Below, piece after piece: positions 54,723 to 64,000 of a DNA stretch of 64,000 nucleotides; position 1 is the first letter of the stretch, and each line of letters starts with the position of its first letter. The position numbers and the translations under genes were made by a program. The stretch is from Octopus sinensis (lineage: Eukaryota): NCBI RefSeq assembly GCF_006345805.1, contig NC_043002.1:69192001-69256000 (forward strand), given 5' to 3'. Under the pieces are notes generated by a model that did not search any database, had not been told where the DNA came from, and was given only the letters and a program-made list of their open reading frames with translations.

Positions 54723-57700
54723 ACAAGAATATGCAGCATACTCAGCAAATCAGCTACAAATATATGCAGCATACTCAGCTACAAAGCTACAAGTTTATAC
54801 AACATACTCAGCTACAAGTATATGCAGCATACTCAGCAACTCAGCTAGAAGTATATGCAGCATACTCAGCTACTCAACTACAAGTATACACAGCATACTC
54901 ATTTACAAAAATATACAGCATACACAGCTACAAATATAAACAGCATACTCAGCTACTCAACTACAAGCATACACAGCATACTCAGGTACAAGTATACACA
55001 TCATATGCAACTACTCAGCTACAAGCATATACAGCATACTCAGCTACTCATATACAAGTATACACAGAATACTCAGCTACAAATATATGCAGCTTACTCA
55101 GCTACAAATATATACAACATACTCAGCTACTCAGCAACAAGTATATGCAGATACTCAGCTACAAGTATACACAGCATACATAGCTACAAGTACGACAATA
55201 TACTCAGCTACTCAACTTCAAGTATGTACAGCATATTCAGCTACAAGTATATACAGTATACTCAGCAACTCAGCTACAAGTATATACAGGATACTCACCT
55301 ACACATCAACAAATATATGCAACATACACAGCTACTCAGCTACAAATATATGCAACATACAAAGCTAAAATTTATGCAGCATACTCAGCTATGCAGATAC
55401 AAATGTATGTAGCATGCTCAGCTACAAATATATACAGCGTACTCAGCTACAAATATATACAGCGTACTCAACCACAATTGTATACAGCATATTCAGCTAC
55501 TGAGCTACAAGTATACGCAGCATATTCAGCTACAAGTATATGCAGCATACTCAGCTACATGTATATGTAGCATACGCAGCTACAAGTATACACAGCATAT
55601 GCAACTACATGTATATGCAACATACTCAGCTAGAAGTATACGCAGCATGCTCTGCTACAAATATATACACCATACTCAGCTACACTGCTCCAAATATATG
55701 CAGCATGCTCAGCTACTTATTACTCAGCAATAAGTATACGCAGCATACTCAGATAAAAGTATATGCAACATACTCATCTACAATATATGCAGCATACTCA
55801 GGTACAAATATATGCAGCGTAGTCAGCTGCAGATATATATAACATACTCAGTCACAAGTATATGCAGCATGCTCAACTATTCAGCTACAAGTGTACGCAG
55901 AATACTAAGCCACAAGATTCATATACAAGTATACACAGAATACTCAGCTACAAATATATGCAGCTTACTCAGCTACAAATATATACAGCATACTCAGCTA
56001 CAAGTATACGCTGCTACTCAGCTACAAGCATTTGCAGCATACTCAGCTACTCAATCACAAGTATATATAGCATAATCAGCTACTCAGCTACAAGTATATG
56101 CAGCATATTCAGCTACTCAACTACAAGTATACACAGCATACTCAGCTACAAATATATAAAGCATACTCAGCTACAAATATATAAAGCATACTCAGCTACT
56201 CAATCACAAGTATATATAGCATAATCAGCTACTCAGCTACAAGTATATGCAGCATATTCAGCTACTCAACTACAAGTATACACAGCATACTCAGCTACAA
56301 ATATATAAAGCATACTCAGCTACTCAATCACAAGTATATATAGCATAATCAGCTACTCAGCTACAAGTATATGCAGCATATTCAGCTACTCAACTACAAG
56401 TATACACAGCATACTCAGCTACAAATATATAAAGCATACTCAGCTACAAATATATAAAGCATACTCAGCTACTCAATCACAAGTATATATAGCATAATCA
56501 GCTACTCAGCTACAAGTATATGCAGCATATTCAGCTACTCAACTACAAGTATACACAGCATACTCAGCTACAAATATATAAAGCATACTCAGCTACTCAA
56601 TCACAAGTATATATAGCATAATCAGCTACTCAGCTACAAGTATATGCAGCATATTCAGCTACTCAACTACAAGTATACACAGCATACTCAGCTACAAATA
56701 TATAAAGCATACTCAGCTACTCAGCTACAAGTATATGCAGCATACTCAGCCACAAGTAGATGCAGCATACTTAGCTACAAATATACACAACATGCTGAGC
56801 TACTTAGCTACAAGTATATGCAGCATACTCAGCTACAAAAACAATATACTCAGGTACTCAGTTACAAGTATGTACAACATACTCAGCTACATGTATATAC
56901 AGCATACTCACATACTCATCTACAAGTACTTGAACACACTCAGCTACTCACTTTCAAATATATGCAACCTGCTCAGTTACTCAGCTACAAATATATGCAG
57001 CATACTCAGCTACGCAGCTACAAATATATGCAGCATACTCATTTACTGAGTTACAAGTATATACAGCATACTCAGCCACAAGTGTATTCAGAATACCTAG
57101 CTACATGTATATGCAACATACTCAGATACTCAGCTAAAATATATGTAGCATGCCAAGCTGTACAGCTACAAATACATGCAGTATACTCAGCTACTCAGTT
57201 ACAAGTATATGTAGCATACTCAGCAACATGTATATGCAGCATATTCAGTGGCTCAGGTATAAATATATGCAGCATACTCAGCTACTCATCTAGAAGTATA
57301 TGCAACATAGCTAGAAGTATATGCAGCATACTCAGCTAGAAGTATATGCAACATAGCTAGAAGTATATGCAGCATACTCAGCTAGAAGTATATGCAACAT
57401 AGCTAGAAGTATATGCAGCATACTCAGCTAGAAGTATATGCAACATACTCAGCTACTAGTATATGCAACATACTCAGCCACAAGTATATACAACATACTC
57501 ACCTACTCAGCTACAAGTATACGTAGCATACTCAGCTACAAGTATATGCAACATACTCAGCTACTTCGCTACAAGTTTAACTACAAATATAAGCAGCATG
57601 TTCAGCTACTCAGTTGTTGGTGTATGTAACATACTCAGCAAGAAGTGTATGAAATATACTCAGTTACATGTATATGCAGCATATAAAGCTACTCTGCTCC

Positions 57701-58310
57701 AAATATTTGCAGCATACTCAGCTACAAATGTATGCAGCATACTCAGCTACAAGTATACACAGCATTCTCAACTACAAGTATATGCAACATAACTCAACTA
57801 GAATTATACGCAGCGTACTCTGCTACAAGTATATACACCATACTCAGCTACACTGCTCCAAATATATTCAGCATACTCTGCTGCTTAGCAACAAGTATAT
57901 TAAGCATACCCAACTAGAAGTATATACAACATACTCAGGCACTCATCTACAAGTACATACAGCGTACTCAGCTACTCTGCTACAAGTATATGTGACATAC
58001 TGAGCTACTCAGCGACAAATATATACAGCATACTCAGCTACAAGTATACACAACATAGCCAGCTACAAATATATGCAGCATACTCAGCTACTCTGCTACA
58101 AGTATACGCAGCCTACTCAGCTACAAGTGTATGCAGGATACTCAGCTACTTAGCTACAAGTATATGCAGCATACTCAGCTACAAGTATACACAACATACT
58201 CAACCACAAGTGTATGCAGCATACTCAGTTACTTAGCTACAAATTCAGCTACAAATATATGCAGTATATTCAGCTACTCAGCTGTTAGTGTATGTAACAT
58301 ACTTGAGCTC
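54723..58310. repeat. ~3.6-kb satellite built on a ~25-bp unit (cagctacaagtatatgcagcatact) with 8-bp cagctact sub-units
   Basis: Over a hundred diverged units visible by eye; local higher-order periodicities. Confidence 0.95.
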
Positions 58311-58757
58311 AGTATGTAAAGAGCTGAAGGAAATACTGCTAAACATCTTTTCTGACATGCAATCAGTCCTGCCAGCTTGCTGCCTTAGTTTGGATATAAA
58401 TAATATTGGTTTCAAATTTTGGCACAATGCCAGCAATTTCAGGGGAGTGGGTTGAGTATTCAACTGGTACTTATTTTATCGACCCTAAAAGGATAAAAGG
58501 CAAAGTCGACCTCGGCAGAATTTGAACTCAGAACACGAAGACAGATGAAATACTGTAAAGCTTTATGACCAATGTGCTAATGATTTCTCCAGCTCACTGC
58601 ATTTGGATATAAATGATATTGGTTTCAAATTTTGGCACAAGGCCAGTAATTTTGAATAAGTCAAATACATTGATCACAATGTTCAGCTGATACTTATATT
58701 ATTGACTCCCAAAAGGCAAAGTTGACCTTGGTGGGACTTGAACTCAGAACATAAAGA

Positions 58758-58919
58758 GGCACAGGAGCGGCTGTGTGGTAAGAAGCTTGCTTACCAACCA
58801 CATGGTTCCAGGTTCAATCCTACTGTGTGGTACCTTGGGCAAGTGTCTTCTACTATAGCCTCGGGCTGACCATGGCCTTTTGAATGGATTTGGTACACAG
58901 AAACTGAAAAAAGCCTGCC

Positions 58920-58951
<32 letters not shown>

Positions 58952-59155
58952 CTGTGTTCCCCCACCATACCTTTGCTTGACAACTGATGTTGGTGTGCTT
59001 ACATCCCCATAATTTAGCAGTTTGGCAAAAGAGGCCGATAGAATAAGTACCAGGCTTACAAAGAATAAGTCCCGGGGGCAATTTCTTTGACTAAAAGGCG
59101 GTGCTCCAGCATGGCCGCAGTCAAATGACTGAAACAAGTAAAAGAATAAAAGAAT
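58758..59155 (+). mobile_element. Family B/C SINE copy (partial copies also near 41040-41195, 45602-45770, 45870-46310, 46912-47056, 53940-54145)
   Basis: Same head, internal (TG)n and gactgaaacaagtaaaagaataaaagaat tail. Confidence 0.85.
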
Positions 59156-60991
59156 GGACAAAATGCTGCTAAGCGTTTTGCCCAGCGTGCTAATGATTCT
59201 GTCAGCTCATTGTCTTTGGATGCAAATAATATTGATATGAAACAATGAACTTTTACGATGAAGCACCCCACCACCCCATAAAAAGAAAAAAAAATAATAA
59301 AAGAAAAAAAGGAACAGTCATGCTTATTAACATTATTATTAGATAATAAGTCTAAAAATACAAGGGGATTAATTGAATTTTTTGATAACTTTATGCAAAT
59401 CTGTTTAACTAATTTAGTAGCATTAAAAGAAAAAATTTTGAAAATACCCACATCCAATTTCTGGTGGTAACTTGAATGCTAAATATTTATATATATTAAT
59501 GATATTATATTGTAATGCATTTCAAGGGATTAACCATGTGACACTGGGATTAAAGTAAAAATTCAAGCGGCATAAGCATGCTTACTGAAACAGGATTATA
59601 AGGATAGCTGTTTTATGAAATATGTGTCATGTATTTAAAAAAAACGTGAGCACTAACACAGTATAGAGAGCCAAGTGATTTTGAGTAAGGAAAATTGATC
59701 CTTGTAGTGAAGAGAAAACATTGTATCCAAATGGATTTAATTATGAACAAAAAAGATACATGAAACAACCTTGAATTTTAAATTAATTAAACTAATTAAA
59801 AATAGAATGCAGTAGAGATTGAATGTAGCTCCAGGTAATAAGGGGACAACTTTGGACTGTTTTGATTCTGTTAGTCCTTGTTAGTGAAGTATAATTTAAT
59901 GAATATAACGAGATTTTAGATGACTAGTGAGAATATAAGTTTTAATGAACATTGAGTGGTATGGTATCTTAAAAGAATGACTGAAGGGAAAATACCATGG
60001 GGGGGGGCCTACTGTATGAGATACAAATAGTAAAGTGAGAACTAACATAATAGAGAGAGGCAAGATTTTTGATTAATCAAAATTACTCTTTTAGTGAGAT
60101 GGAAAAAAAAATCATTCTCTTAATTATTAATTGTTATCAAGAAAGATAAGGGAGACAATCCAAAATTTAAATTACAATTAAATGAAATTAGAATGTAATG
60201 GGGAATGAGTTTGATTTCTTGGTTCCCGATATCAAGTGCATAGGCACTCACTTTACTTGTTGCTTTCCCAGCAGCAGGTGTTCCTGGGTATTTTCCCAGA
60301 GATCATTCAGTGAAGTTAGTGGTTCTCAGCATTTTATAGCTCAGTGCTTCCTTTCATTGTCATTTTACAAGTGTCCCACTCTCTGTGCTTTAAAAAAAGC
60401 AGCAACAAAAACAAAACAAAACAAAAACCAAAAACAAATTGTAAATTACTTTAAACAAACAGAAGTTAATTTTCTGTTGTGTTTTATTATTTTCCTATGC
60501 TATCCCAGCCAGCATGTGCATAGGTTTTCTTTTTCTTTTTTTTCTTTTTTTTTTTATAGATATTTTGCATAGACCAGTGTTTCTCTATGTTCAATTACTA
60601 AAGAAAGTGAGGACTTATGTAGTAAAAATATACTAGAATTGGCACATCAACTGTCATATTTTTGCTTCCCTATTAAAACAATGTCCTTTCCTCTCACAAT
60701 AATGAATCTGATCTAAGGTGGCAAGCTGGCAGAAACGTTAGCATGCCGGGTGAAATGCTTAGCAGTATTGTGTCTGCCTTTACATTCAAAGTTCAAATCC
60801 CACCAAAGTCAACTTCACCTTTATCCTTAAAGGCTCGATAAAATAAAATACCAGTTATATAGAAGGGTCAGTGTAATCAATTAATCCTTTACTCCTAAAA
60901 TTACTGAACCAAAATTTGGAAGAATTATTATGATTTTATGATAGGAATGATATCGCCAGACAATTTGCTTTACAATATTTATTTATGTCAT

Positions 60992-61209
60992 GGCAGCGAT
61001 CTGGTAGAAACGTTAGCATGCCGGGTGAAATGCTTAGCAGTATTTTGTCTGCCGCTACATTCTGAGTTCAAATTCTGCTGAGGTTGAATTTACCTTTCAT
61101 CCTTTCGGGGTTGATAAATTAAATACCAGTTGCATACTGGGGTCAATCTAATTGACTAGCCACCTCCTGCCAAAATTTCAGGCCTTGTGCCTAGGGTAGA
61201 AAAGAATAA
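60992..61209 (+). mobile_element. SINE family A (copies near 13075-13240, 15500-15710, 24380-24550, 30640-30820, 37810-38220, 58400-58750, 60717-60930)
   Basis: Shared motif gttagcatgccggg.gaaatgcttagc...ttctgagttcaaattc.gc.gaggt.gactttgcctttcatcc in many copies on both strands. Confidence 0.8.
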
Positions 61210-62280
61210 TGAATCTGATTCACTCATTATCTTCTGCTCTCTCTCTTCACTTTACTTCTAAAACCATCTGCCTGTCTGTCTGTCTGCTTGCCCCCCTCTC
61301 TCCAATTCTCCTTTCAGTCCTGAGGGCTGTTTGGGCTCTTTAATCTTGCTAGTTGCAAGGTGACCCTGCTAGCGTTGGTCTCACTGAGAAAAAGTAACTA
61401 CTACACTTTTATAATGTGGTTGTCATGAGGAAGTTTGTGCAACTAAAGAAACCATGCCAAAACTGAGACATCAGAGCACAACAGGGTCTTTTGACTTGTT
61501 GGATCCTGTAAAACCATCCAACATATGCCAGCATGGGAAGTGGACATAGAGTGATGATGATGATGACAACAATGACAATGACAGTGATGATGATGACAAC
61601 GACAACAACGACAATGATGATGATGATGATGATGTAAATAAAAAAAATAAATGTGCCCTTTTAAGACCTAACCAGGCTCATGGGCCCAGTTTCCCGGTTT
61701 CAATGGTGTATGTGTTCCCCAGCTGAACGGGACGCCAGTCCATCACAGCATTACTCATTTTTGCCAGCTGAGTGGACTGGAGTAATATGAAATGAAGTGT
61801 TTTGCTCAAGAACACAACACGTCGCTTGGTCCAGGAATCGAAACCACAATCTTACGATCATGATGCTGACACCCTAATCACTAAGCCACGTGCCTCCACG
61901 ATGATGATGTACCAGGTTTAGATATTTCATTTCTTGGGAAAGTCATGATTCCTCTAAGAGACCAGTACCTTCACAGTGTCCCTATGATATCTGCAACTAC
62001 ATTGTGAGCTTAGAATGTCCTCAAGGCAATGCTACTGTCCACGTTAAGAACCATTGGTTTGAATAAGCATATTCTGTGCTTACAAATAGTGGAAAAAATG
62101 TGAAATGGATAATTTTGTTTGAGAAGTGTAGCAATTTCACACCCTGAATAAACAATGATACCAGCAGCTGTGAGTTTCAGGGATTAATACAATGCTACTT
62201 TAATTGTTGGAGAGCAATTACTCATCAAAGATAATGATACTAATTAGCAGGTTTAGGTGAGATGGTGAAAAATGACTTAC

Positions 62281-62411
62281 GTGAGATCTTGCAATGCTGT
62301 TGTGTTGAAAGTGATGTTTGGGTTACCAGAAATATCTAACAGATTAACATGAGAATTTACAAGATTGCTCATGGGGATGTCAAAGAGCTGATTAAAGCCA
62401 ACTTCCAAAAC
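62281..62411 (-). CDS. PHLPP: PHLPP-like exon (final LRRs)
   Basis: cttcaccag|gtt...ctcac|gtaagt; VLEVGFNQLFDIPMSNLVNSHVNLLDISGNPNITFNTTALQDLT; phase 2 matches the 44605 acceptor, implying a 17.7-kb intron. Confidence 0.85.
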
Positions 62412-64000
62412 CTGGTGAAGGAAAATGAAAAGGAATAATAAAGTAACAATTGCATAATTATCAAGTCTAATCACTGAGGAAATTGTTGGAAATGGGAAAA
62501 TATTTCTCTTGAATTACCCCTTGTCATCATGGAAAAAGAAAGGTACAATCAATAATTTGTGTGTTTGCATCAGCCTTCATGATTATGTCATCATCATCAT
62601 CATCGTCTTCATTTAACGTCCGCTTTCCATGCTAGCATGGGTTGGACGGTTCAACTGGGGTCTGGGGAGCCCGAAAGCTGCACCAGTCCAGTCAGATCTG
62701 GCAGTGTTTCTACAGCTGGATGCCCTTCCTAACGCCAACCACTCCGAGAGTGTAGTGGGTGATTTTATGTGCCACCGACACAGGTGCCAGACGAGGCTGG
62801 CAAACGGCCACGCTTGGATGGTGTTTTTTATGTGCCACCGACACAGGTGCCAGACGAGGCTGGCAGACAGCCACGCTCGGATGGTGTTTTTATGTGCCAC
62901 CGACACAGGTGCCAGATGAGGCTGGCAAACGGCCACGATCGGATGGTGTTTGTTACGTGCCCACAGCACGGAGGCCAGTCGATGCAGTACTGGCTACGGC
63001 CACGTTCGGATGGTTTTCTTGTGTGCCACGTGCCACCGGCACTGGTACCACAAAGATACAAATTCCATTGATGTTCATCTATTTTGATTTGTTTTGATTT
63101 GATTTTCACTTGCCTCAACAGGTCTTCACAAGTGTCACAAGAAGGAAGGTATGCACAGGTGGACTGACTACGTCCCAGGTAGGGGCCACAGGTTATGGCC
63201 TGACTAGTCTTGCCGGGTCTTCGGATGGTGTTGTTATGTGCCACCGACACAGGTGCCAGATGAGGCTGGCGAACGGCCACGATCGGACGGTGTTTGTTAC
63301 GTGCCCACAGCACGAAGGCCAGTCGGTGCGGTACTGGCTACGGCCACGTTCGGATGGTTTTCTTGTGTGCCACCGGCACTGGTAACATTTATGTCATGTT
63401 ACTTACTATGACTGGCTATTACCAAAAGAAAAAAAAAAAGAAGCTAAACACTCAATGAAAAATTCCTTGAAGGCATCTATAAATTCAGGAGGATAACCTC
63501 TCTGAACATCTGCAGCAAAAGTAGCTCATTATTGCTAAATTTATGCAAAAGAATATTTAGAACTGAAAAACCACATTCCTGCTGCTTATGTTTAGGAGAA
63601 CAATCAAGTGATGCCAATATTTGAAATTTTGTTGCAGCCATCTTATATATACATGTATTTAAGATAAATTGTTTTACATTGGGGAAGAAAGGCGGTACCT
63701 GTGACCTTTTAGAATGGTTTCTGAGCAAGAAATCAAAACAGCCTATTTGCAATAGTGTGAACTCCATTAGAAGAACCCAAGTACCAGGTGGTGATACTAA
63801 ACTAGGCAATGAATTAAACCAACCATCCCAAAATACATATATTACATTTGTAGGACTTTAGTACAGGTTTTGCCTCTGTTGGGTCAACCTAAAACTATTG
63901 TAGAAGACACTTGCACAAGATGTTAGACAATAGACTCAAATACAAAACTAAATGAGGAGAAAGTGAAGTTATTAATCAGACAGACATGTCTGCAATCCTT

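Noticed and set aside
54731-58319. ORFs with repeated MQHTQLQVY / YSATSI motifs
   Set aside because: Translations of the 25-bp satellite; the unit is not a multiple of three and frames break constantly.
59056-59457. Minus-strand ORF with LVFLDLLSNNN as an extra LRR exon
   Set aside because: No convincing splice sites, runs into a SINE, and exons 62281-62411 and 44471-44605 already join in phase.
63407-63809. Possible further PHLPP exon (donor-like acttac at 63401 and a 110-aa ORF)
   Set aside because: No LRR pattern; the sequence next to the donor is a poly-T tract. The next upstream exon is probably outside the window.

Overview
AT-rich, microsatellite- and SINE-laden animal genomic DNA; the repeat families resemble those I recall from octopus (inference, not a database result). 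Two spliced genes converge. On the + strand are the last 9 coding exons (1331-16041, 390 aa) of a NEDD4-family HECT E3 ligase of the WWP1/WWP2/ITCH/Su(dx) type. On the - strand are the last 5 coding exons (62411-34909, 801 aa) of a PHLPP-like LRR+PP2C protein. All inferred junctions are GT-AG and phase-compatible. The rest is decayed DNA transposons (two mariners, a Tigger/pogo derivative, MITEs), a frameshifted CR1/L2-type LINE, several SINE families, a 5S rRNA pseudogene, a 3.6-kb satellite with higher-order structure and a 1154-bp tandem duplication. The most striking observation is five type-I hammerhead-ribozyme-like motifs in three unrelated sequence contexts. Four sit at the outer ends of two head-to-head inverted repeats: a tRNA-headed palindromic element at 26.6-27.1 kb and a microsatellite-bodied element at 47.9-50.7 kb. 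One copy is in sense orientation in a PHLPP intron. This suggests non-coding Penelope/retrozyme-like ribozyme-bearing retroelements. Self-cleavage activity is predicted from sequence only.
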